Shown: one piece after another, positions 39,595 to 51,302 of the stretch
How positions within the stretch are numbered: position 1 is the first letter of the stretch
Layout: each line of letters opens with the position of its first letter
Source of the DNA: Dictyostelium discoideum
Taxonomy: Eukaryota
Direction of reading: 5' to 3'
DNA: 64,000 nt
NCBI GenBank assembly: GCA_000004695.1
Contig: CM000154.2
Span: 224,001-288,000, forward strand
Notes under the pieces: generated by a model
Databases searched by the model: none
Told to the model about the DNA's origin: nothing
The model's input: only the letters and a program-made list of their open reading frames with translations
Translations under genes and position numbers: made by a program

Positions 39595-42500
39595 AACATA
39601 TTTCCATTTTTTTATTTTTATTTTTTTAAAGGTGAATATTATAATAACAAGTGAAAAAACTATTTTGGAAAATAAATTTCCAGTTAATACTGCAACCAAA
39701 TTGGGTATAGAGATAATTGATTATGAAACTTTATCAAGAGATATTGAAAGATTTATTAGAAAAACTCAACCAACATCATCAAATGGTTCAACATCAACAA
39801 CAACAACAACAACAACAACAACACAAAAAGGTCAAATTGTATCATTTAAACCAACTTCATCAACCTCAACAACAACAAATGTAATTAATACAACAACAAC
39901 ATCAACAACATCAACAACAACAATTGTTGATCCAATTATATCATTAATAGTACCACCATCAGGTAGTAATAATGGATCATTTCAAATTGCAATATTTGGA
40001 ATTGGATTTTTAGCAGGAGCAGGATTTAGAATTAAAATTGGTAATGATAATGGTGGTGGTGGTGTTTTTGCAAGTAATTATGAATTTCATTCAAGTACAT
40101 CAGTTTTATGTACCATACCAAACTTAAATATTAAATGTGGTCAACAACCAATTTATGCAAGTAATGATGGTGGTAAAACTTTTGGATTTCCAATTCAATT
40201 TTTATTCTTTGACACATCAATCCATAGAATACCAACAGCAAGAGAACAAGATGGTATGGTATTAAAGAGTCAATTGGATAATTTAAAGAGAGCCATTTCA
40301 AATATTCAAACTATGGAATCAATTCTAATGAGACGTATTTCATTATTGAATGGTAATCATGATGATAGTAAATCAATTGAACAGATTTTCATTCAACAAC
40401 AAAATTTCATTGAAAGTGGTGCATCACAATTATTACTTGGTAATGGTGGTACCACCGATCAATTGTTACAAAGTCTTGAGGGTTCAGAATATTCAAGTAC
40501 AAACGATGATGGTGAAAACGATCAATCAGACGACGATGACGACAATGAAGATGATGATGATTTCGTTGAAAAGAATTCAAATCAAGTTAAAGAAGAATTT
40601 TCAGAGAGAGAAATTAAAATATTTATTTCATCACCATTTAAAGATATGCAATTGGATCGTGACCAAATTGTAAAGGTCGTAATACCAAGAATTAGAAAAC
40701 TTTGTATTGAAAGGGACATTGTATTGAGTTATGTCGATCTTAGATGGGGTGTAACAAGTAATCAATCTGAACAATCCACTGGTTTAAGTATGTGTTTGAA
40801 AGAATTGGAGAAATGTAATATTTTAATTGGTTTATTTGGTGAACGTTATGGTTGGTCATCGCAAGAGAAACAAGATCCAAAATCACAACAATTACTTCAA
40901 TCAACATTAGATCGTGCAATTCAAGATTTCCCATGGGTAAAGAATTATCGTGATTCAAGTATCACTGAAATTGAATTTCGTATGCTTTTGAACCAAAGAC
41001 AACAACAAAGAAATGGTTTCTTTTATTTCCGTGATCCATACTATCTCGAGGAGGTTAGTCAAATGGATAAAAATAATTTCGTTTCAGAAGGTCAAAGATC
41101 AAAAGAGAAACTTGAGAAACTTAAACAAGAAATCATTAAATCACCCTTTAAATCATCGGAATATCGTCGTCCAACCAATTTATCAGATGTACTCTATGAG
41201 GATTTAGAGAAATATATTGATAAAAAATATCCATCTGGTAATTGTGAATTAAAAGGTTTTGAAAAAGAACGTTTCTTACATTCAGTTTTCATTAAAAATT
41301 TAACAAAAATTTATATTACAAATGAAAATTATTTTATGGAAATTGATACTTATTTATCAGGAAGTGCTACTAGTAGTGGTAGTGGTAATAAAAGTATTTC
41401 AATTGGTTCAAGTATTAATAGTGGACTATTATCATCTTTAAAAAATAAACCAGTATTTTTAATTCAAGGTGAAAGTGGTTCAGGTAAATCATCATTAATT
41501 AGTAATTGGTTAAAACAACATAAAGAACAACATCCAGAAGATTTAGTTGTATCACATTGGATTGGTGCATCACCAAGTTCAAATAAATTTACATCAATTT
41601 TAATTAGAATTATGAATGAAATTAAAAATCAAATTGAAATTGATCAAAAGATTGCCAATGGTGGATCAAATTCCTCATCGTCATCGTCATCATCAATGTT
41701 TTCAACCACTTCAACATCTTCTGTATCATGGTTACCAGAAATACCAGATGAAACATTTGAAAGTGAAAAAATTGTTTCAGAATTCCCACAATTTTTACAA
41801 TATGTAATGTCACATCCATCATTGAATGGTAAGAGATTAGTATTGTTAATTGATGGTTTAGATAAATTAGATCCAAGAGAGAATAGTCAAGAGTTAATAT
41901 GGTTCCCAAGAAATTTCCCTCATAATGTAAAGGTTATTGTTTCATCGATTCAAGGTAGTAGACAAAGTGAGGTTCTAAAGAAGAGAGGATCTCATATTCT
42001 TTCGATTTTACCATTCACTGAAGCTGAAAGAAAATCAATGGTACGTTTATACCTTCAAAAATATGCAAAGAAATTATCAGATCAACAAGAGATTGCAATC
42101 GCTATTTCAAAATCAACAACAAATCCAAGATTCCTTCAATTACTTCTCGATGATATTTTGGTATTTGGTGATTACGAACGTTTAAATGACCGTATTAAAA
42201 CTTTACTTCGTGCAAAGAATACAAGTGAACTCTATGAAATCATTTTAGACCGTATTGAAAAAGATTATGATCCAAAAGCAAAGGGTTTAGTAAGTGAATT
42301 CTTAAAATACATTTGGGCCGGTAGAAGAGGTGTTGAAATGTCTATGCTTTCAACATTACTCTTGAAAAAGAATATCGATCCAGCTGAATGGGGTTCATTA
42401 TTGGTATTGATGGAAGCTTATATCACTTCTTCATCGGGTGTTATCTCTTTCCTTAATGATGATATTTCAAAAGCTGTCGAAAAGAAGTATATTACAACTC

Positions 42501-44500
42501 CAAAGATTGGTATTGAAATTCATACCAATTTAGCAGAGGCTTTCGAACAATCTGGTGACTTAAATGAAAGAAAGGTTGAGGAATATCCTTATCAATTATT
42601 AAAGAGTGAAAATTGGGAATCATTAAAAAATACCTTAACCAATCTTTACGTATTCGATAAACTCTATACACCAAATCATAAGGTTGATCTCATCAATTAT
42701 TGGAATGTATTGGAGAAACAAACTAAACCACCAAAGAATGCTGCAGAAAGAGATGATCCAATACCATACAATTGTTCAAATGAATTTAAGGCAATCATTT
42801 CACGTTCATTCATTCAAGCATCTGGTTTGGTAATTTCCGATGTTTGGTTTAGAGTTGCATCGTTCCTTGAAGAGTTATCTCAATTTGATGGTGCCGAAGT
42901 ACTCTACAATAAATGTCGTGAACTTTATATTAACAATTCTCAAAATATTGAAGCTGCAAAAGTTGATCGTGCAATGGGTAGAATGTATCTAACAATGGGC
43001 CAAAATGATAAATCCGATAGTAAATTCAGATTGGCACTTTCAATCTACACAAAAGAAAGAGGTCAAGAAGATATTGAAGTTGCAATCACTCTTAATCTCT
43101 TGGGTACTCTTGCCACTAATAGATGTAAATTCGATGAAGCTAAACAAATTCTCAATCAAGCTATGAACATTTGTGAATCCAAATATGAAAGCAACGTTTT
43201 ACTCATTGCTGATATTGCCTATAGTTTGGGTTCAGTTTGTTTCGTTGAACCAAATCGTAAATTAGAGGTTGCTGAAGCTTACTTTGCAAGATCATTAGAA
43301 TTAACTGAATCAAAAGTTGGTGATATGGATGTTGCTTATGCTCGTATTTTAACTCGTTTAGGTTCATTGAATATTGAAAAGGATACCTATGCCGATGCAG
43401 AGGCATTCTTTAAAGCTGCCCTTAAAATCTATGAAGCTAGATTGGGTATTGATCATTCTAGAGTTTCTCAAATTCTTAGACATATGATTTCCCTCTATGA
43501 GGTTCAAGAAAACTATAAAATGGCTGAACAATGTTGTATCAGAGCTTTGGCAATCACAAAGAAAATCTATGGTAACTCTCATAATCTTGTATCGGCCACT
43601 CAAATCCGTCAAGCTTTATTATATAATTCAATGAATAGAAAACAAGATTGTCTCAATCTATTGAATGAAGTTAAAGTTACAAGAGAGAAAGAATTTGGTC
43701 CTGATCATAAACAAGTTAAACATATTATTGATTTAATTAAAGAAATTGATAAACCAATCGTACCAAAAGCTCCACCTCCACCACCTCCATCATCATCATC
43801 GCCATCTGCTTCATCACTTTTAATGAAATCAATTACTTCATTACCAATTGTAAATGGTCAAGCAGTTCTATCTGTTCCAAAACCACCAGTTTCCAGAGGA
43901 CCAAATGGTATCCCAATCCCACCACCACCTCCACCAACAATTAAATTGTACACAAACATGGTATCACTTCAAAGTGTTATGAAACAAAATGTTGGAAGAA
44001 TTCCAGTTGCTCAACCAACTTCATTCAATTCTCCAGTTCAACCACCTTCACCTCGTACTCAACAAGCTATTCAACAAGGTCAACAACAACGTCAACAAGT
44101 TCAACAACAACAACAACAAGTTCAACAACAAATGTCTCAAAAAGTTTCATCACTACAACAACAACCACAACAACAACAACAACAACAACCATCACAAGGT
44201 TATGGTAATCGTCAAAATACTCCATTATTCCAACAACCAATTTTCCAACAACAGTTCCAACAAAATCGTATACAACAACCACAACAACAACCACAACAAC
44301 AAGCTTATGTTGGTGATATGTTGGCTCAATTTGATCAACAAAAACTTAAACGTGTTCAAAATGCAAATGATCGTAGTGGTGCTTCTCAAATCGTTGAAAA
44401 TTTAATTGGTAAAAAGAAATGTAGTAAACCAGTTTCACTTGTAAATAAAGGTTATATGGAAGAATCAAATCAAATAGATATGGGTGCTCTATTTGATTAA
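39392..44500 (+). CDS. Large STAND NTPase: BRCT-like N-terminus, IPT/TIG domain, TIR-like (DUF4062-type) domain, NACHT P-loop NTPase, kinesin-light-chain-type TPR repeats, Pro-rich / poly-Gln tail with WH2-like motif; exons 39392..39514 and 39632..44500
   Basis: Walker A GESGSGKSSL. Walker B LVLLIDGLDKLD. Downstream TNPRFLQLLLDD helix. TPR blocks (AEAYFARSLEL..., AEAFFKAALKIYEARLG..., AEQCCIRALAITKKIYG...). The N-terminal of the NACHT is EREIKIFISSPFKDMQLDRDQIV...RDIVLSYVDLRWGV...CLKELEKCNILIGLFGERYGWS (TIR/DUF4062-like). IPT/TIG-like segment PIISLIVPPSGSNNGSFQIAIFGIGF...IPNLNIKCGQQPIYASNDGGKTFGFPIQFLFF. BRCT-like NIYILSVEND...KCKSYLISKKALVEKRFSKK | VNIIITSEKT...KLGIEIIDYETL is split by a 117-nt in-frame A-rich intron (GTAAAT...tttaaag) that the track reads through as KKKKKKKKKK. 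C-terminal PPPPPPSSSS...IPIPPPPPPT, poly-Q, ...QQKLKRVQ. Confidence 0.75.
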
Positions 44501-44567
44501 TAAAAAAAAAACCTTTTCTAATTATTGTAAAATAAAATTTAAACTTAATTTTAAATTCATATTAGAG

Positions 44568-44579
44568 TTATTATTATTA

Positions 44580-44631
<52 letters not shown>

Positions 44632-44790
44632 TTATATCATTTGATTTATTACTACTAGTTACGCCATTTGACAAAGCATTTTCATAGATTGAACTTTTTG
44701 ATAGTTCCATCAAGGCCTGAAATAAAAGTTTTGTTTCATAACTCTACTATCCATAAAATATATATATGTTTATTATTTCAAATTTATTAC

Positions 44791-44884
<94 letters not shown>
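44568..44884. repeat. Two (TTA)n/(ATT)n microsatellites (about 44568..44630 and about 44790..44884) between the NACHT gene and tRNA-Met
   Basis: Perfect trinucleotide arrays. The poly-L/N/Y ORFs of the track across them are artefacts. Confidence 0.9.
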
Positions 44885-44970
44885 TTGTAATTTTGACCAT
44901 AGATGAACAAGATTCGAACCAATGACTCTGGATACGAAGTTCAGGAGTTTGAATTTCAGCAAAAAAAAAA

Positions 44971-45043
44971 TGTCAAGTCAGAGGATCGAACTCTGGACCT
45001 TAGGATTATGAGACCTACGCTCTACCAACTGAGCCAACCTGAC
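44971..45043 (-). tRNA. tRNA-Met (anticodon CAU, elongator-like), 73 nt, poly-T terminator; the nearest ex-B-like motif is about 100 nt downstream (about 44850)
   Basis: Minus strand GTCAGGTTGGCTCAGTTGGTAGAGCGTAGGTCTCATAATCCTAAGGTCCAGAGTTCGATCCTCTGACTTGACA. Acceptor GTCAGGT/ACTTGAC pairs with one G:T. T-arm CAGAG/TTCGATC/CTCTG. Anticodon loop CTCATAA. The A10 terminator is at 44961..44970. Confidence 0.8.
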
Positions 45044-45156
45044 ATGTTGATGTTTTTGAAAAAAATTTGCACGATAACATTTTACATCAGATCGAAAAAA
45101 ACAAACAACAACAACAATCTCTTTTTTTGATTATTTCATTTTTCATATAAAAAAGA

Positions 45157-45187
<31 letters not shown>

Positions 45188-45191
<4 letters not shown>

Positions 45192-46897
45192 GGAACCAAG
45201 TTAATTAGAAAATTTCCAGATTTTTAACTTTTTAAAGAAAAATAAAAAAGATAGAAAGAAAATAAAATGAAAATCACAAACAACACCACAAATATTAAGC
45301 AACACAAATGCCTACAAAAAATAAGCGAAATTGTGGATAAAACTCAATTAAAAAAAAAACAATTCAAATACGTCATAAACATCAATCACGAACCAGACGA
45401 TAAAATAAAAAAAGATTTAGAAAAAAGTTTGGACAAAAAAGATGTTTTAATCAAAAGTAATAATACATTCAAAATTCTCACAGACAGTATTAGTACAGTA
45501 ATCTATTTTGTAAATATGTTTGATGCAGAATTAAAAGGACAATTTATAACCACTATAAGACCAAAAAATATGTATACAGATTTTGATTGGTATAAATCAC
45601 TCACAGAAATAGAATGGGTAATAGAAAATGAAGGATGTAAACTAATTAAATCAGAAATTAAAGGCGAAACTCTAATTATCAAAACAGTGAAAAGAGTCGT
45701 AGAAGAATTTGACACTATCATTGAACTAGACAATCTAACATTAATTGGACACTCCAACAAAGGATGGAGAGATCAAACCTCATTACCAGAAAATCAAGAA
45801 GAAAACAAAAATAAAAAACAATCAGATGAACAACAACCACAATCTACATCAGAACAAATACCAAAACAAGGAAAAAGAACAATCATTATCCCACCAATCA
45901 CATCCTCATCTAATGATAAAACATTTATGGCCCTAGATGATACAGCTCAAAAGGTAATAGAAGCATCACTAGAAAACGTAGATGAACTAACAAGAATAGA
46001 GAATGAGATCAATACACAATCGATAAACAATCAAGAAATTAAAACAAAATCAGAAAAACCTATCGAACCACCATCTCCATACAATACACCAATAAAACAA
46101 CACGGCGAAACAAAGGGACTAACAACGGAAGAAAAACTTAGAGAGGCAAATGATATCTTCGACTTCACCAGCCCAAACACTGATGCAATAAGAAAAATAG
46201 AATTCCCACTTTCAATCCCTTCAAATCAATGGTTCTTCTCCTCTCCAATAAAACATATCATGAGTTTCAGCCCAACCTATGGTACACCATCGAAAATTAT
46301 CGATTCACCAAGTAAATTGTTAAACACACCAAAAAAGAAACAACAAGACAAAACAAACAAGACCAACAAAACACCAGTCAAACCAAAATTGGGTGAATAT
46401 GGACAAAAAAGCATAAAAACAAAAATGGATGAAGATATAGACAACTTCAACAAGGAAATTCTAAAACAAATCAATAAATCAAAAAACCCCACAAACACAC
46501 AAGACCAACAACACAACGAACAAAGTAAAGATCAGTTAGAAGACAAAATAAACCAGAAACTTCAAAAGGTAGATAAAAATCTACCCCAAATAAAACTATA
46601 AAGAAAAACACAATAAGAATAGGTGTTTGGAACGTCCAAGGATCCAACACCATCCAATCTGCCAGCATAATAAACACCGTTTTAGACAACAACAAGCTGG
46701 ACGCAGCACTTCTAACTGAAACAAATATAAAAACAAATAAAATTTACTCAATAAATCAACAATATAAAAACAAAATAACACACCACGCACCAATTGATAA
46801 AACAGGACAAGGGGTGTCACAAATCATCATCAACACCCGCAATAGAACTTCCTAAACATCTCAAAAAATACAATAATTCACTCAGTACTTTCTATAA

Positions 46898-46905
<8 letters not shown>
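45188..46905 (+). mobile_element. TRE5-A-like non-LTR retrotransposon, 3'-truncated copy: 5'UTR segment, complete ORF1 (45267..46601, 444 aa) and the start of ORF2 (AP-endonuclease beginning ...IRIGVWNVQGSN...), ending in the tail ...CAATAGAACTTCCTAAACATCTCAAAAAATACAATAATTCACTCAGTACTTTCTATAAAT(A)n
   Basis: The ORF1 and 5'UTR sequence is duplicated at 46938..47170 and degenerately at 55431..55700. The tail sequence is duplicated at 55321..55385 after an ORF2 C-terminus with a CCHC knuckle. The element sits head-to-head upstream of the minus-strand tRNA-Met, the characteristic TRE5 target position. The exact 5' boundary is unresolved (45090..45190). Confidence 0.65.
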
Positions 46906-46937
<32 letters not shown>

Positions 46938-46939
<2 letters not shown>

Positions 46940-47267
46940 CAAGTTAATCAGAAAAATAAAAAAGATAGAAAGAAAATAAAATGAAAATCACAAACAACAC
47001 CACAAATATTAAGCAACACAAATGCCTACAAAAAATAAGCGAAATTGTGGATAAAACTCAATTAAAAAAAAAACAATTCAAATACGTCATAAACATCAAT
47101 CACGAACCAGACGATAAAATAAAAAAAGATTTAGAAAAAAGTTTGGACAAAAAAGATGTTTTAATCAAAAAGACCCTGTAAAAAAAAAAAAAAAAATAAA
47201 ATGAGATCTAGCATCTCAAGGAGAAGCAAATAATAATTGCGTTATCCAATTCAAAAAAAAAAAAAAA
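46938..47267 (+). mobile_element. Internally deleted TRE5-A-like copy: first 63 codons of ORF1 (46981..47170) fused to 3'-terminal module ...GAGAAGCAAATAATAATTGCGTTATCCAATTC(A)15
   Basis: ORF1 5' sequence is identical to 45267..45455. The 3' tail motif is shared with 57112..57169. Confidence 0.6.
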
Positions 47268-47356
47268 CATTTTACATTAATAGGGATTTTTAAATGTGTT
47301 TACAATTTGTAATTATAATAGAACATTTTCGTTATAACCCAGATTTTTTCAAAGTT

Positions 47357-47406
47357 GGACCTAATGATCTTGAGGCTACGCTCTAACAACTGAGCCAATC
47401 TGACAT
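47357..47406 (-). pseudogene. tRNA-Met-like 5' fragment (acceptor, D-arm, mutated anticodon arm; T-arm lost) with the same upstream flank (CATGTTGATGTTTTTGAAA...) as the intact tRNA-Met at 44971..45043
   Basis: GTCAGATTGGCTCAGTTGTTAGAGCGTAGCCTCAAGATCATTAGGTCCA compared with the intact copy. Divergence begins in the anticodon loop and no T-arm is present. Confidence 0.5.
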
Positions 47407-47706
47407 GTTGATGTTTTTGAAAGAAAATTTGCAAAAAACCAGAGTCAAATAATCTTTTTTTTGGAAATGGATATTTATTTTTTATTATTATAAAAAATTT
47501 TCAAAAATTGACAGCTTTTTTTTATAAAAAGTCAAAATAAGGAAAAATAGTCATTTGTTTTTTTTTTTATTGAATTAAAAAAAGTTGATAATTTTAAATA
47601 AATGTTTAAAATATGTTTAAAATCATTTATGTGATATTATTAGAAAGGATTTTTAAAAATAAAAATGAAAAATTAAATTAATAGTTATTCGGTCAAATAA
47701 TCTTTT

Positions 47707-50055
47707 TTATTGTGTGGTTGAAATTTTTTTAAATAATTTTTTATCAACTATTGGAAAAATGTGGTAGGGGTAAATATCGTTTTCATAAATTTCAGTCCTT
47801 TTTAAATTATTATCTGAAAAAATTCTAATCATTTCTAAATAATTTGGGTGTTTTAAAAGGGTTTTTTCATTGTTTTCAAAAAATTGGTAATTTGTACTAT
47901 GAGTAAATATTAATAACTCTTTTTCTTTTTGTTCTTGTTGTTCTCCCTTTTCTTTTTCGTTTTCATTTTCATTTTCATTTTCATTTTGATTTTTATTTTC
48001 ATTTTCATTTTCATTTTCATTTTCATTTTCATTTTCATTTTCATTTTCATTTTCATTTTTATTTTTATTTTCATTTTCATTTTCATTTTCATTTTTATTT
48101 TTATTTTTATTTTTATTTTTATTTTTATTTTTATTTTCTTGTAATAATGGAGGATAATTCTTTTCAAAAGTTGGTAAACCACGAATAATTAAAAATTTAA
48201 TTGAATCTGGTAATGATTGAGAATATATTTTTTGAGTATATTTTCCACCCAACTCTAAAAGAGTTAAAGATTGTGGAAAGTAATCTTTTTTTAATATCTT
48301 ATTAAAAGAAACACCAAAATATAATGATTTTAAATTATTTGGTAAAATTATAATTGGTTTTCTATATAAAATACTTGATTTTCGAGGATATAAAGCTTGA
48401 ATATATTCTTTTTGTCTTTCAATTAATAAAGAACTATCGATTGAATTTGTTAAAGATGTTGAAAAATCACCACTAATATTATCAATTAATAAAATTTCAA
48501 CAGTTGATGGTAATAATAAATCATTTGAAAGCATTCCATTAAATTCAACTTTTTTTAATTTTTTACAACAATCATCATCAGTTATAATCAAAGGTTTTGA
48601 AAAATTTTTACCAAATGATAAATTTGTTAAATTTGGTGGTAATTGGTCTTGGTAAACTATATCATTGAAATGTTCAACAAATTTTAATTTTTCAACTGAT
48701 GATGGTAAATATTGTAATTGTTGAGTACTAAAACTATGAAATGATTTTAAACCAAATGAAATTGAACCTTCTTTAATAATAAATTTTGGTGAAAGTCTTA
48801 ATGTTTTTAAACTACTTGGTAGCACACCTGGTTCAATGATTTGTGTTGATTCTCTATTATAATTTGAATCCAAATGACCAACTACAAAATAAAGTTTAAC
48901 TAAATTTTTTGAAAATACACCAACTGATAATTTTTGGTTCCAAAGAAAATCAAATTTTAAAATTTTAACACTATCTGGAATCAATGGTTCACCAGTGTTG
49001 TCATCTAAAAGTTTTTGATTAAAAATATTTTTAAAAACTAATTTATTTAAAGATGATGGAATTGAACCAACTTTTAAAGGTAAATTAAAAGCTGGGTTCA
49101 TTCTTAGTAAAGTTAATGAATTTGGTAATACATTTGGTTCAATTGATTGTTTAAATGTATGCCATTCACATGACTTTGTAAATTTTAAAGATTTCAATGA
49201 AGATGGTAATTGTTTTAATCCAATTGGTTTTGAAAAACATTCAGGTAATGTTAATTCTGTAATACTCGATGGTAAATCGCCAACTTTAAATTCTTGATCG
49301 AAATACCCATCATCATGAAATGATAATTTCGTTAGAGATTTTGGTAAACAGCCATTGCCATCGGTATTGCTTAATGGCGAATTAAATTGTTTATTAATTA
49401 ATAATACCTCCAATGAGATTGTATTTGATAATAGAAATAAATCACCAGTTGGTTCTGAAATATTAACTCTACCACCACTACCTAAATAAAGTCTTTTCAA
49501 AGTTGATGGTAAACTACCAACTTTTAACTCTGAACATCCATTATGATGTAGTTCCTCCAATCCCATTGGTAATAAACCAATTGTAATCTCATTTAAATTT
49601 TTTTTACCCCAATCTAAAATTTTCAAACCATTTGGTAATTTATTGATTTTAAATTGAAATAAATTATCAAATTTTAAACTTGTTATTGAATTTGGTATTT
49701 TAATTAAACCATTTGTAAACATTGATTGTAACTCTAATTGATTATCGATATAAAATCTCTCACTATCATTTCTAATTAATAATTCATTAATATTATTTGG
49801 TAAATAATTAATTTGGTTAAATAATTTCATCATTTTTTCATAATCTTTTTCTTTTTTTTTAAATAAAATTTCAATTGATTTTTGATTTTTAAATCCATTA
49901 TTACTTTTATTTAATAATTTAATATTATTATTACATGTTATAGTTTTTGTAAAATAATGTATTTTAATTATTTGAATAAATTTAATAATTTTTTTTTTTA
50001 AAAAAATATTTCTCCAAATTAAAAAAAACAATTTACTATTATCATTTTCATTCAT
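47707..50055 (-). CDS. FNIP-repeat (Dictyostelium LRR-like) protein, 782 aa, with internal (NE/NK)n tract
   Basis: More than 15 iterations of the about 22-aa FNIP unit (FNSPL/FNLPL/FNQKL/FSKPL...LP.SL..L.FG..FNQ). The hexanucleotide (TTCATT)n at about 47940..48130 encodes the NKNKNENENE tract in frame. Confidence 0.75.
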   Translation of the reverse strand: MNENDNSKLFFLIWRNIFLKKKIIKFIQIIKIHYFTKTITCNNNIKLLNKSNNGFKNQKSIEILFKKKEKDYEKMMKLFNQINYLPNNINELLIRNDSERFYIDNQLELQSMFTNGLIKIPNSITSLKFDNLFQFKINKLPNGLKILDWGKKNLNEITIGLLPMGLEELHHNGCSELKVGSLPSTLKRLYLGSGGRVNISEPTGDLFLLSNTISLEVLLINKQFNSPLSNTDGNGCLPKSLTKLSFHDDGYFDQEFKVGDLPSSITELTLPECFSKPIGLKQLPSSLKSLKFTKSCEWHTFKQSIEPNVLPNSLTLLRMNPAFNLPLKVGSIPSSLNKLVFKNIFNQKLLDDNTGEPLIPDSVKILKFDFLWNQKLSVGVFSKNLVKLYFVVGHLDSNYNRESTQIIEPGVLPSSLKTLRLSPKFIIKEGSISFGLKSFHSFSTQQLQYLPSSVEKLKFVEHFNDIVYQDQLPPNLTNLSFGKNFSKPLIITDDDCCKKLKKVEFNGMLSNDLLLPSTVEILLIDNISGDFSTSLTNSIDSSLLIERQKEYIQALYPRKSSILYRKPIIILPNNLKSLYFGVSFNKILKKDYFPQSLTLLELGGKYTQKIYSQSLPDSIKFLIIRGLPTFEKNYPPLLQENKNKNKNKNKNKNKNENENENENKNKNENENENENENENENENENENKNQNENENENENEKEKGEQQEQKEKELLIFTHSTNYQFFENNEKTLLKHPNYLEMIRIFSDNNLKRTEIYENDIYPYHIFPIVDKKLFKKISTTQ

Positions 50056-50138
50056 TATTTCTATTTTTTAATTTTATTTTTATTTTAGTAGTGGGTGGTA
50101 TGTGGGTTAAAAAATAAATAATTAAAAATAATTTTTCG

Positions 50139-50173
<35 letters not shown>

Positions 50174-50269
50174 TATTTTACTTTCACAAAAAAAAAACAA
50201 AAAAATTTCACACATTTTTTCTTTTATTTTATTTTTCAACTTATTACCAAACAAATTAAAAAAAAAAAA

Positions 50270-50270
50270 A

Positions 50271-50352
<82 letters not shown>

Positions 50353-50935
50353 AGAAATTAAATTTAATTTAAATATAAATGAAGAAAAAGATGATGAGAT
50401 TAAAGATTTATATAAAGTTATTGAATCATTAAAAAAAGAATTATTTGAAAAATATAAAGAAAATTTATTATTAAAAGAGAATTTAGACCAGGAAATAGAA
50501 TTTAATAAAGTATTAAAATTTGGAATGTTTGAAAAAAATAAAGAATTTGAAATATTAGCTACTCAATTAGGAATTTTAAAATCTAAATATGGAAATAAAA
50601 AATGTGATATTGAAGTTATAATCATTAGTAGTGATGATGAAGATGATGATAATAAAAATAAAAACCAATTAAAAGATATAACCACTACCACTACCTCCTC
50701 CACCACCACCACCACTACTACTACCTCTACCACCACTACTAATAATAGCTCTTCTGAAAATAATTTCGATGATCAAAATAAAGAAGAAGTTGTTTTTTGT
50801 AAACCTTATAACCAAAGTGATAATGATGAAGATTCTAAAAATAATTCAAAAGATTTAGGTTATAATGAAAATAATATTGGTGGTGATGCAACAGTAGGAG
50901 AATATAACTCTTATGTTGTTAAAAAAGAAATGTAA
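50270..50935 (+). CDS. Hypothetical protein (221 aa) with N-terminal poly-Asn, coiled-coil-like middle, poly-Thr and acidic C-terminal region
   Basis: ORF with ATG after an A-run. Composition is typical of Dictyostelium low-complexity proteins. No domain recognised. Confidence 0.45.
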
Positions 50936-51302
50936 AAATAAAAGGGTTCTAAGGTTGTGTGATCAAAAATTTTAATAAAAACAATTGTTTTTTTTTTTTT
51001 TTATTTTTATTTTATTTTTATTTTTTTTTATGGTTTGCAAACTCCCAAATATTCGAATTTTTGATATTTTTTATTTTTTTTTATTTTTTTTTTATTTTTT
51101 ATTTTTTTTTGACCATACACATCAAACACCCCTACTGTTTTTTTTTTTTTTTTTTAATTTTTTAATTTTTACTTTTTTCTCTTTCTACCTTTCTCTTTTT
51201 AATTTTTTAATTTATTTATTAGTATTATAAATATATTTATATTTATATTGTATTTTTTTTTTTTTTTTAAAAATTTAATTTTTTTTTTTTTTTTAATTTA
51301 AA

